Below are positions 24,950 to 34,500 of a DNA stretch of 50,512 nt, one piece after another. Below the pieces are notes generated by a model that was given only the letters and a program-made list of their open reading frames with translations, searched no databases and was not told where the DNA came from. The number at the start of each line of letters is the position of its first letter. Position 1 is the stretch's first letter. The position numbers and the translations under genes were made by a program. This DNA comes from Euryarchaeota archaeon UBA173 (GTDB taxonomy: Archaea; Thermoplasmatota; Poseidoniia; Poseidoniales; Thalassarchaeaceae), in contig DAJH01000030.1 of NCBI GenBank assembly GCA_002498925.1, positions 611-51,122 of the forward strand, read 5' to 3'.

Positions 24950-26160
24950 GAGAACTGCTCCCTGAGTAGGTTGGCACATCTGCTTGCTATAGCGTCGCCG
25001 ACCTCCGTGGTTGTGGCTTCTCCCCCCAGATCGTAAGTTACATCCCCCCCTTCGGAAAAGTGTTGTGAGACGGCCGTCTCGAGGATGTCTGCGCATGTAG
25101 TGGCAACAACGTCATCATGCCTGGAACCAAGGTGGTCGAGCATCAATTGTACCGAAGAAATAGCCGCTATGGGGTTGACCTTGTCCTTTCCTGCATACTT
25201 TGGTGATGACCCATGAACTGGTTCGAATAGCATGTGGTTATCCCCTATGTTGGCGCTTGCTGCCATCCCCATCCCCCCTTGGAGAACCGATGCCAGATCG
25301 GTAGCTATGTCTCCAAACATATTGGGAAGGACAACCACATCGAGGTCCTCTGGATCCCTGACTAACCACATTGTAAATGCATCAATGAAGGCCTCACTTG
25401 TTTCGATACTGGGGTATTCGTTGGAGATTTCTCTGAATACCTTTCGGAAGAGTCTGCATCCCCTTGAGACGTTGCTCTTGTCGACGCATGTAATCTTCTG
25501 GGCAACCCCCGTGCGTGCCTCTCTTTTCTTTGCCAGGTCGTAGGAGAATCTGATCACCCTCTCACTTCCGTTCCTGGAAATAGGCCTCGGGTCCCACTCA
25601 ACCTCTCCGTCAAGGCCTGGGAACTTCTCGATAACTATCGGTTCGTCCTTCTCTCCTCCCTTTGCCGCTTGGGCCGATCTTCGGAGAAGGGAATGGTAGA
25701 GTCCCTCGGTATTTTCTCTGACCAATACCATGTCGACTAGTTCAGGTTCCCAAATGTCGGTGAACATTCCATGTACCTTGTGCTGCACCCCTTCGTACAG
25801 CTTGACGGGTCTGACGTTCGCGTAGAGATCTAATCCAGAACGAAGTCCCAAAATACACTGTCCGCCTGCATTGTCTCCGTTAGGGAGCTTTGCATCGGGC
25901 CAACCAATTGCACCCAGCAGGATGGCGTCTGAATTGTCCCTGCAGTGTTCGAAAGATCCTTCTGGCCATTCTAGGCCCGTTTCTAGATAATACTCGCCAC
26001 CGCAAGGAATTTCAGTTATTTTGAATGACAGGGGGCTAAGATCTTCGAAAACATCCATGACTTTTCTGGCCTCGCGGATTACCTCCTTGCCGGTACCGTC
26101 GCCCGGTAGGACTGTCACTCTATACTCCGGCATCAGCCACTGCACCCGCTTTTCATTCAT
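24946..26160 (-). CDS. isopropylmalate/tartrate/isocitrate dehydrogenase-family enzyme (LeuB-like)
   Basis: Contains YRVTVLPGDGTGKEV, LGAIGWP, VRENTEGLY, NMFGDIATDLASVLQGGMGMAASANIG, FEPVHGSSPKYAGKDKVNPIAAI. ATG 26160 is preceded by GGGGTGAG. ATG 26133 is an alternative. Confidence 0.85.
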   Translation of the reverse strand: MNEKRVQWLMPEYRVTVLPGDGTGKEVIREARKVMDVFEDLSPLSFKITEIPCGGEYYLETGLEWPEGSFEHCRDNSDAILLGAIGWPDAKLPNGDNAGGQCILGLRSGLDLYANVRPVKLYEGVQHKVHGMFTDIWEPELVDMVLVRENTEGLYHSLLRRSAQAAKGGEKDEPIVIEKFPGLDGEVEWDPRPISRNGSERVIRFSYDLAKKREARTGVAQKITCVDKSNVSRGCRLFRKVFREISNEYPSIETSEAFIDAFTMWLVRDPEDLDVVVLPNMFGDIATDLASVLQGGMGMAASANIGDNHMLFEPVHGSSPKYAGKDKVNPIAAISSVQLMLDHLGSRHDDVVATTCADILETAVSQHFSEGGDVTYDLGGEATTTEVGDAIASRCANLLREQFS

Positions 26161-26253
26161 CAACTCACCCCAAGAACTTCGGAGCTCTCAGAGCATTGTT
26201 TCGAAGTAAATTGACGGTATAGTTGATAGACGGTCACCACGAGTGAAACTGAT

Positions 26254-26862
26254 ATGGAGCGGGGTATCGATGATGGTGAGGGCTCTCCACGAATTGACGT
26301 TAGAACCCTCCCCGAGTCAGTTGCAGCACTATGGGAGACGATGCTTAGGTTGGATCCCTCTTGGGATCTGGCAAAGTGGCTAGACGAACGTGCGAAGGAT
26401 GAGCTTGGCTTGGTCGAGAGTCACTTAGGCAGAGAGAAGTTACGAGTGGAGCAGCGACTTCATCGCATAGAGACACTGGTAAAGAGGCTCAAGCGCCAGA
26501 GAGAGGTACAGGGGACAAAAATGTCCGACCCCCACCAGAAGAATTTGTTCGATGTCTTTGGTAGTGGTGGCGTCAACAAGGCGGACGAGATTGAGGTTGA
26601 GTTTGAGGGAGATCAGGCCGCAGTCGATTTCGGCTCCATGGATGTTGGGGACGACCCGTTGTTGGCAATCGTGTCTGAACATGTATTGGGAGTCCTTGAG
26701 GTTTCCAGATTGGCCAGCTTGGCCCCCGTACATTTTGATTCGCTGGTAAGCGAACTTGTACCTCTGGGAATTAGGGTGGATGATTTGGATGAGGCCATAG
26801 CTTGGCTTCTGCAGTCTGAGGCGATTGTCGAGGTTGACGAGGATGCATTTGCTCTAAGTTAG
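26254..26862 (+). CDS. hypothetical protein (coiled-coil N-half, possible winged-helix C-terminus)
   Basis: Charged heptad-like stretch: LGREKLRVEQRLHRIETLVKRLKRQREVQ. The acidic C-terminus is LDEAIAWLLQSEAIVEVDEDAFAL. I recognised no family. Confidence 0.5.
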   Translation: MERGIDDGEGSPRIDVRTLPESVAALWETMLRLDPSWDLAKWLDERAKDELGLVESHLGREKLRVEQRLHRIETLVKRLKRQREVQGTKMSDPHQKNLFDVFGSGGVNKADEIEVEFEGDQAAVDFGSMDVGDDPLLAIVSEHVLGVLEVSRLASLAPVHFDSLVSELVPLGIRVDDLDEAIAWLLQSEAIVEVDEDAFALS

Positions 26863-26931
26863 TGAATGTTGATTTTCGACAAAAAATACAACCATTCAAT
26901 AATGGGTTGATTGTCGTTCTGACTGGTTAAC

Positions 26932-28893
26932 ATGGCGAGTGATGCGTCAGGCTGGTATGCTAGACTGGACCAGGAATGTCCTGACCGTATCGAACAGATT
27001 CGTTTGTGGCTAGACTCTTGGGAGCAGTCGACCAAATCGAATGCACCCATCGCTGCGTATCTGCCGAGGAAGTGGCCCACACTTCCTGCCGGCTTACTGT
27101 ACGATCCCGGGGCGGTTCTTGACAGGCTCCTGTCGAGACATGAGGCTGTTTCTGATGGGCGTTCCCCTAGGGGTGCATTCTCCACTCCAAGGCGCCTCAT
27201 TCAGGCCGTTCTGGCGGATGAAATCGGTCAAAGAAGCAAGAAGAAAACAAAGGAGGGGGCCGTGACTCTTTCCCTTTCAGCGATCCCCCCTGGGTTCCGG
27301 GATTACGCAGCGAAGTTCAATGATAACAACTCGGGCTCCAGCGAGGACGATGAAGAGGAGGCCGAGGCCTCTACTAAGTCCGGAGTTCCGCTGCCTTTTG
27401 CCGATCCTTCTTGTGGGGCGGGGCTAGTTGCATCCCAGATAATTCGCATTCATTCACAGGGATTGGAAAACGAGCATTCGTCCATAAAGTGTAGTGATAC
27501 CCTGAAGCTCATCGAAGGAATGCAACTACTAGATTCGTCTGAGATAGCGGTTGAGGCGGCTAGGAGAAGGATTCTGATTACCCTTGGTAGGGCTGGCTTA
27601 GTAGATCTCGAGGGAGAGGGGGACGAAGGGACGATTGGCAGGAACGAGGCTGAGATGATTCTTGAAAGCAACATCCGGGTTGGCGACTCCCTTCTAGACG
27701 AGTGGCCATGGAATGAGTCTCCACTACTCATAGTCTCAAGGCCTCCATGGATTCGGATTAAAGACAGGTTCAGAGGACATGAAGATGGGAGTAGGCTCAG
27801 AAAGGAGCTCTCCGGGAGACTCCGGAACGCCTTGGATTCCGAAGGAGAGCTGAGATTCTCAGCACTCAAGGGGAACGTGAACCTTTACCGCCTGTTCCTA
27901 GAGAGATCTCTGCAGCTGGTTTCTGACGGAGGCAGAGTAAGGATGGTTGTACCAGATTCCCTATTGAGGGAAAAAAGTAGCATTCCACTCAGGAAGTTAC
28001 TCGTTGAAGAAAACGAGTGGGGCTCTACTTGGTGCTTCCCTGATCCTCACCGTGTATTTCCGGGAATATCACAAGGGTTTGCTGTATTGGGTGTAACAGT
28101 CAATGGCTCGACGGACGTAATGATGAGTTTTGGGCCACTTGGGGCGGATAGTGTCATGCCAGACATGGGAGTCTCGAAAACCTCGCCATTCCTTGAGTTG
28201 GAAAGGGGGCCCTGGTCGTCTTGGACAGATGCAACATGGGCGGTGCCCAGGATGCCTTCAGATGAATTTGACAGGGAGAGGGTCCTGGATGCAATCGACA
28301 GGCTTTCAGATCAGCCCCGTCTGTCCGAAGATTCCAATTGGCTGTGCACAGGATCTGAGACCATTAGGGTCAGAGTTGGTGAGATCGATCAGAGCGGTTC
28401 TTCGTCGAACATTTCGAATTGGGGCGATGGTGATGAAGGTGTCCCATTCATCAGAAGTGCGCACTTCTGCTTAGAGGATGATGAGGTCGTTGTTCGGCAT
28501 CCTGCTTATGATTCAGAAATACCGAGTGGAGCAATCCAAAGATCCCATTCCATGTGGAGTGGGGAAACCAAACCCAAGGGATTCCCGAGGGTAGCTTGTC
28601 AGGCTATTCTGAATTCTGCGAATGAGCGGCGTTTACGTTGGGCGGTCGTTCCTGGAGATTGTGTTCTTGGCAACTCAGTGAATTTCTTAGAAATCCCTGA
28701 GGGAGTTATCGTGGTCCTAGAAGAGGAAGAAGGTGGACTCGAAGAAGGACTTGAGTGGCTATGTGATCAATTGAACGGCGTCGATCTTGACTTGTGGTCC
28801 AGAGCATGGGGGGCCAATAGCAACGTAAACAATTACGAAATTGAGAGTCTTCCATTTCCCATGCCAAGTGGGAGACATTTGCTTTCTGAATAA
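26932..28893 (+). CDS. Eco57I/Alw26I-like gamma-class N6-adenine DNA methyltransferase homologue with atypical RPPW motif IV
   Basis: Motif X-like GAFSTPRRLIQAVL. Motif I FADPSCGAG (27397..27423). IRVGDSLL present. Motif IV position reads LLIVSRPPWIRIK (27736..27750). NLYRLFLERSLQLVSDGGRVRMVVPDSLL present. C-terminal TRD-like signatures: RVGEIDQS, ILNSANERRLRWAVVP, NSNVNNYEIESLPFP. Confidence 0.7.
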   Translation: MASDASGWYARLDQECPDRIEQIRLWLDSWEQSTKSNAPIAAYLPRKWPTLPAGLLYDPGAVLDRLLSRHEAVSDGRSPRGAFSTPRRLIQAVLADEIGQRSKKKTKEGAVTLSLSAIPPGFRDYAAKFNDNNSGSSEDDEEEAEASTKSGVPLPFADPSCGAGLVASQIIRIHSQGLENEHSSIKCSDTLKLIEGMQLLDSSEIAVEAARRRILITLGRAGLVDLEGEGDEGTIGRNEAEMILESNIRVGDSLLDEWPWNESPLLIVSRPPWIRIKDRFRGHEDGSRLRKELSGRLRNALDSEGELRFSALKGNVNLYRLFLERSLQLVSDGGRVRMVVPDSLLREKSSIPLRKLLVEENEWGSTWCFPDPHRVFPGISQGFAVLGVTVNGSTDVMMSFGPLGADSVMPDMGVSKTSPFLELERGPWSSWTDATWAVPRMPSDEFDRERVLDAIDRLSDQPRLSEDSNWLCTGSETIRVRVGEIDQSGSSSNISNWGDGDEGVPFIRSAHFCLEDDEVVVRHPAYDSEIPSGAIQRSHSMWSGETKPKGFPRVACQAILNSANERRLRWAVVPGDCVLGNSVNFLEIPEGVIVVLEEEEGGLEEGLEWLCDQLNGVDLDLWSRAWGANSNVNNYEIESLPFPMPSGRHLLSE

Positions 28894-28899
28894 TGAGAT

Positions 28900-28935
28900 G
28901 CATTACGAAATAGTAATGCGGAAATGGTTTTCCGC
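28900..28935 (+). terminator. two adjacent perfect 7-bp hairpins just after the methyltransferase-like gene
   Basis: GCATTAC-gaaata-GTAATGC (28900..28919) and GCGGAAA-tggt-TTTCCGC (28918..28935). They share 2 nt. The second contains a T4 run. Confidence 0.4.
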
Positions 28936-29033
28936 TATCGTGAAGCTACCAAATGTATACCGAATAGACTATTATCATGTTTCTACGTACGATAGCCGTA
29001 CCATCGCGGTAGCTTTGTGATGGAGGATAGATA

Positions 29034-29594
29034 ATGGGCATTAATCCGAAAATTGGCATCACGGGTTTGCCACGGTCTGGGAAGTCTGCTGTCCTAGACA
29101 AAGTAGTGAAGATGATTGCAGAGGAAGGTAGCGATTCGAGTGGCATTCCAGTTATCGCGGGAATGAGATCCGAGGCCATTGTGGAGAATGGCGAGAGAGT
29201 GGGATATTCGTGTGTTAACATTGTCACGGGGGAAAAGGGAGTAATGGCTCACAGGGATATTGATTCAAGAAATAGAATCCTTGGATATGGAATAGATCCA
29301 TCCGAAATTGATAGAGTAGGGGTTCCTGCGATACTCGATGCGATTGGGAATTGTCAATACTTGGTAATTGATGAGGTCGGCAAGTTCACAGTAGAGAGTG
29401 AGGGTTTTGTCTCGGCGGTTAGAGAGTCATTAGACTACGACATGCCAAGCCTGCTGACTCTTCACAAAAAGAGTCGTCATCCACTGTTGCAGGACATCAG
29501 GAGGCGTGATGATGGACGTATACTGGAAGTTACGCCTGTAAACAGGGCCCTTCTGCCTTACAAAATTCTCAAGCTAATTCAGCAAGACTACTGA
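29034..29594 (+). CDS. THEP1-type nucleoside-triphosphatase (COG1618)
   Basis: P-loop IGITGLPRSGKSAV. Walker B YLVIDEVGKF. About 186 aa. GGAGG at 29022-29026. Confidence 0.8.
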   Translation: MGINPKIGITGLPRSGKSAVLDKVVKMIAEEGSDSSGIPVIAGMRSEAIVENGERVGYSCVNIVTGEKGVMAHRDIDSRNRILGYGIDPSEIDRVGVPAILDAIGNCQYLVIDEVGKFTVESEGFVSAVRESLDYDMPSLLTLHKKSRHPLLQDIRRRDDGRILEVTPVNRALLPYKILKLIQQDY

Positions 29595-30014
29595 GTGGGC
29601 TTAGTCAACTTGATTCGTTGGTGCCCTAGTTGGGTAGCAATGGAGTCGCCGTCGAGTCGCCTCAGGAGGGTTCTCGGTGGACTCTGTGTCGCCCTTCTAT
29701 TCCTCACCGCACTTTCCATTGAAGATGGCAGCCTGGTGGTTACGGATGAGGACTCCTCGAACAGTGATGATCTGGCCATGGCATTCCCAATACTGGCAGG
29801 GATCTTTGGATTGCTGTATCTTTCAATTACAAGAGCTGGTGCTGGCGAGTACGGCCGACACTTCATGGATAGGTGGATAAGTAGAGAAAGCGAAGAAGAA
29901 ATGACCTCCAGGCTGAGGGTTGAGCAGGACGAGGCTAGTGTTGACGAGATGGGTACGGCGTGGGCTGAATTGGAGAAGGGGCACCTTGAGGAGAGCCTTG
30001 GCGAAGAGGAGTGA
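29595..30014 (+). CDS. small two-helix membrane protein with acidic C-terminal tail
   Basis: The GTG lies directly after the THEP1 stop; ATG 29640 is an alternative. Hydrophobic segments: LGGLCVALLFLTALSI and AFPILAGIFGLLYLSI. The opposite-strand ORF 29588..30148 is Ser/Pro-rich and judged spurious. Confidence 0.4.
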   Translation: MGLVNLIRWCPSWVAMESPSSRLRRVLGGLCVALLFLTALSIEDGSLVVTDEDSSNSDDLAMAFPILAGIFGLLYLSITRAGAGEYGRHFMDRWISRESEEEMTSRLRVEQDEASVDEMGTAWAELEKGHLEESLGEEE

Positions 30015-30065
30015 GCATCGAAACCTTGACTCGGTAGAGGCTCTCGCATTGATTTGGGTGAGACG

Positions 30066-30449
30066 TTGAGTGAGGTGCCTGAAGACCTGAAATATACAAA
30101 GGAACACGAGTGGATTAGAGTTGAGGGTGGTGAGGTCGTAATCGGCATTACCGACTTCGCTCAGAACGCCTTGACGGATGTTGTTTGGGTCGAGCTCCCT
30201 GAAGACGGAGCAAACGTATCGTCTATGGAGTCCTTTGCCAGTGTTGAGTCGGTAAAATCGGTTAGTGAAATATACGCTCCAGTTGGCGGAGAAGTAGTCG
30301 GTGTAAACGAAAATCTGGAGGATGCGCCTGAACTAATCAATGATGACCCCTATGGCGATGGTTGGATATGTCGGATTTCTGTATCGGACCCGTCAGAGCT
30401 CGATACTCTCCTCGACTCAGTCTCCTATTCGGAACTGATTGCGGAGTAG
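30066..30449 (+). CDS. gcvH: glycine cleavage system H protein (lipoyl carrier)
   Basis: From TTG 30066 the N-terminus reads (M)SEVPEDLKYTKEHEWIRV, collinear with bacterial GcvH N-termini. Lipoyl-Lys motif SVESVKSVSEIYAP. GGTGAG lies just upstream. The ORF track starts at TTG 30054. Confidence 0.9.
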   Translation: MSEVPEDLKYTKEHEWIRVEGGEVVIGITDFAQNALTDVVWVELPEDGANVSSMESFASVESVKSVSEIYAPVGGEVVGVNENLEDAPELINDDPYGDGWICRISVSDPSELDTLLDSVSYSELIAE

Positions 30450-30459
30450 GGTGTCTGGC

Positions 30460-30990
30460 TTGAAGACTGTGAACATCTACGTTGATGGGTCTTGTGAGAA
30501 TAACAGGAATGTGACTTCCTTGACCCCTGCGGGGTGGGGGTTCTGTGTTGTTATTGGAGACAGTGGAACCGGGAGGGGGCAAGGCGACTTGGTCGCAGAG
30601 AAATGTGGACGAGTTGTGACTAGTGCGGAGAAGGACGATTATCTAGGGGCCGAAGTTGGTTCGAACAACACTGCAGAGTTGAGTGCGATTGCTCATGCGC
30701 TGAGATGGGTGCTTGTCAAATCAGATATAGAAGAGGTGTTGATCAGGACTGATTCAACATATGCTGGGAATGTATCGTCTGGCGCTTGGAAGGCAAAGGC
30801 CAACTTAGATTTGGCCGGATTTGTCAAAGATCTTTGGAAGGAGGCGTCCATTGGACGAAGTCTCGAGTGGGAGCACGTCCGTGCCCATCGAGGACACAGG
30901 TGGAATGAGCGTGCAGATCACCTTGCTTTCAGGGCTATGAAAGAGGACGTCCCGGTCCCTCTGCAATTCTGGAAGCCTGGTATGCGTTGA
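30460..30990 (+). CDS. rnhA: ribonuclease HI (type 1 RNase H)
   Basis: DEDD residues in IYVDGS, NNTAELSAI, IRTDSTY and NERADHLA. TTG 30460 ((M)KTVNIYVDGS) follows AGGGTG with a 6-nt spacer. The ORF track starts at TTG 30439, overlapping gcvH. Confidence 0.85.
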   Translation: MKTVNIYVDGSCENNRNVTSLTPAGWGFCVVIGDSGTGRGQGDLVAEKCGRVVTSAEKDDYLGAEVGSNNTAELSAIAHALRWVLVKSDIEEVLIRTDSTYAGNVSSGAWKAKANLDLAGFVKDLWKEASIGRSLEWEHVRAHRGHRWNERADHLAFRAMKEDVPVPLQFWKPGMR

Positions 30991-31497
30991 TCAGAATAAC
31001 TCCAGGAGATACAGGAATCCCAAGAATGCGTGTATGACAATTAGAATGGCCATTATATCACTCATCCTCCCATGGATATCTCTGGATTTAGAGTAGGGCT
31101 TTCCTTCTTCCTTCAGGTCTCTAGTTTTCCTGCCGAGTCTCCATAGAATAGTCATCAATAGGAGAGCTAGGATCCCTGCCCACCCGTGGTAATGGCCGGG
31201 TACTACATACTCGTCTGCTGGCTTGCCCTCGATAATCGCTCTACCAATTTGTGCTATGAATGCGATCAATATGATGCCCAAAAGGTACAGCATCGCTAGA
31301 TCTCCGACCTTCTGATGTGTCTGAAGCGATTCCTCTCTCTCCTCTGATCTAAGAGGCTCAGCGGTTTTCCTCCATGATCTCTGAATGAAGAAGATTCTAA
31401 TGAGCAGCAAAGCAAGTATGGGGTGAACCAAAAGAACCGCAGCGCGTACTACGTCCATGCGCCTTGGTATGGATTGTCTGTCTTGAGTCCTCTCCAT
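30991..31497 (-). CDS. four-helix membrane protein (DUF4079-like?)
   Basis: ORF to TTG 31536; ATG at 31497. Helices: AAVLLVHPILALLLIRIFFI, LAMLYLLGIILIAFIAQI, WAGILALLLMTILW and IMAILIVIHAFLGFLYLL, with conserved-looking His residues. The family call is tentative. Confidence 0.5.
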   Translation of the reverse strand: MERTQDRQSIPRRMDVVRAAVLLVHPILALLLIRIFFIQRSWRKTAEPLRSEEREESLQTHQKVGDLAMLYLLGIILIAFIAQIGRAIIEGKPADEYVVPGHYHGWAGILALLLMTILWRLGRKTRDLKEEGKPYSKSRDIHGRMSDIMAILIVIHAFLGFLYLLELF

Positions 31498-31566
31498 GAC
31501 GCCTTGAATAGCAAGGCGATGTGTTGATGTACACAATCTACTCGGACTGGTTACCGAGGGAATCTA

Positions 31567-34500
31567 ATGGAGGAGTATCTTCTAGATTGCTTGGAGATGC
31601 TCAGTAGGGCGGGCGATGATGAAGTTAGGCGAAAAAAGGAGATTGCCAAATCTCCATCATGGGAATTATTGGACGTCGAATGGAAGGCCCTAGCTATGAT
31701 CGGAGCCAGTAAGGCTGCAGGAGAACAAGTAGGAATCGAGGCCGAAGCTGGAGGTGTTTCTCGGACTAGGAGAGTAGGCAGGAGAGGGGGTAGAGGCCGA
31801 GTTCGAGGAATAGAGGACAGGGTCGCCTCACCCCAGAGTGTGATTGGGAGCACCCTCCCGGCGGGTTATCGATTATCTGTTCTAATTATTCAGAAACACC
31901 GGATGAAGGGTGCTTGGGACCATAGCATTGATTCGGAGATGGATTCGATCAGGAGGGAGTGTGAGATTGGGGTCCATCCAGTATGGGAGAGAATGGCGAG
32001 GGAGTCGCCCCTACTAGCTGAGATGGGTTTGTTTCCTGTAGTTCAGCCAGAAGGCGATTCGGGGGATTTAGGCGCTTGGATAGAGGGGGCGTTGTTTGAT
32101 CATGGGGACTTCTCTTCTCTTCGGGGGTGGCTAGACAAAGATGTTCCACTGGTCCTTGCTGCCTCTCAGATGAAAGCACTGAAAAGAATCCAACGAGATC
32201 TGACGGGAAAGCCTCGTCCCTCTGAGTGGGAAGGGTGGATGTCTCCGTCCCTAGAGGGAATGAAGGAGGAGGGGGCTCTCTTGGAAGGGGTTATTCTAGC
32301 TGCATGCGGCTCTGCACGTGCACTGCCTGTGCTGGACGGGGCAAAGGGAGATTGTTCTCTGGTCTCTTCTAAACACGCTGAGCTAATTAGAGCTAGAATG
32401 GGCGACTTCTCCACTTGGGACAAAACATCCACATCTACTGGTACTGATGGGTTATCGGTCGCATTGAGAGTAGAGGCTTGGAAGTCCTTCGACGATAGTA
32501 CCGGTTCCTCCTCATTGAATGAAAAGATTAGTGGGGCTGAGTTGCTCAGTGGTCTTGGATTGGAAATTCCAAACTCCCTGAGATGGTCGATTTCGGATGA
32601 TTTGATTGCCTCGGGGAAGAAGGAGCAGGCTATTGGATACGTTGCTGGTGCGAGTCTTTCCTCTGGAGAGAATGTTGCTTCTTGTTTGGAGTTGCTAACG
32701 CTGGATGACAATGGAGAGATCAGTCTCTCCTTGAAAAGATACATCGATGAGACCTCAGATGAAGATGGGGTCCTGATGATTCTAAGACATGATGATGTCA
32801 GCAGTTCAATACGACTACACGCGGCGAATAAGCTAACTTCCCGGGATTCCATCAGACATACGGATGACGTGCTTTCTGCATTCACCAGAACTGCTGAAAT
32901 TAGAGGTCTGGCAAATTCTCTGATTGGAGACAAATCCCTGCCTAGGGCTTATCCCTTCAGAATGATGATGGTTTGGCACATGGTAGGTGCTGAAGAAGCA
33001 ACAGGAATTATGAGAGCTCTTGAAGAAGCACGGAGAATCTCACTATATTCAATTGATGAGGCGGAAGAAGATGAGGTGCTTAGTGAGGTTAGCATAGGAC
33101 TAATTTCACTACTGGACGGGATTAGTGGCAATCTTGAGCCTGTAAACAAAAAGCTTGACCACAAGGGCGAGAGGGCACTGAACGAGATACGAAATGCGCT
33201 TTCCCCCGAGGGAGACGATGTTGTGCGAGAAAAAAGCGTAGAGGCGCTCAAAAACTCCGTTGAGAACACCGACTTGGAGACTATTGAGAGGGGTCTTTTC
33301 AGTGCCTTGATTAACGCATTGATACTGAATAGGGCGGCTCTCGATCTTCAGAGTGGCGAGGATTCAAGGAGGGAGTCGGCGATATCCTCCCTGGAAGAGT
33401 TGGTTTCAGTAGAACGTGTTTCCATGAAAACAATCAGGTTTGCTTCTGATTTGGTTTTCGAGCACAGGATTGGGATTGAAGGCCTAGATTCTTGGTACAA
33501 TGAGAAAAATAGGAGTGCTATGGAACACCATGTAGTACGAGCTTCACTACTGGAAAGCAGGGGGGAGTTTGCTAGTTCTGCTTGGTCGCATAGAGAGGCG
33601 GCAATGAGGACGATGGAAGGGGATCTGGAGAAATCCGCGACTTTCCTGAGGCGTTCGCTCATCTCATTCGCCCACGGGGGCTGCTGGAAGGACGCAGTTT
33701 CATTGATGGACGAATATCCGACGATCTCCGCCTCTGTAACAAAGAGGTTCAAGCTGTACCTGAGAGTTTGCTTGGATCAGATAGAGGGCAGGAGCCCTGA
33801 AGCAACGTCCAGGATTATTGAGTATGTTTCTAATGACGTAGAAAATGGAGAAGAAGGATCGGATTCGAGAATGGAGTCTTTGGAGTCGTTATTGATGTAT
33901 CCAGATGAGCGTCGACTCCCGGCCGAACTATTCAGGGGCAGAGTGAAGGCCGCCAAGAGGAAGTTGAGCCATTCCACGCAGTCTACAATGAGTCAATTGG
34001 ATATTGATTTTGAATCACAAATGAGAGAGGGAGATAGTGTAGATAAGAGAGACAGGGTCTTGAAGCTAGTTACAATCATCGAGCAGATATCAGAGGAGAG
34101 CTCTATCAGGGGCCTACGCCTGTTTGAAAGGGCGATTGGTTCCGGAAAGTTCGACGAGGCAGAGAACAAGCGTCTCAGAAATTCCCAGAGGATCCTCTAT
34201 ACGAGAAAAAGGGATATTATCTCCATACGGGAAAGAAAGAATCTCAAGTCACTCTCTCTAAGGCCTCTGGTCTTTATCGACACAAATATCTTGATTGACG
34301 CACTAAAGGACGATCTCCTGAGAGAAATTTCTGGAGACAGCCTTGGTACCTTGGATTGGACTGTGGACAGGGCGTTTCACTGGATGATAAGAAGGAGAGG
34401 GGATGCGGATGAGGTATTGTTATCCATCCCTAAGGCCGCCAAGAGAGAGTTCCTGAATAGAACGAAGAATCCAGATTCTGTACTAGGACTGTTTGACAAC

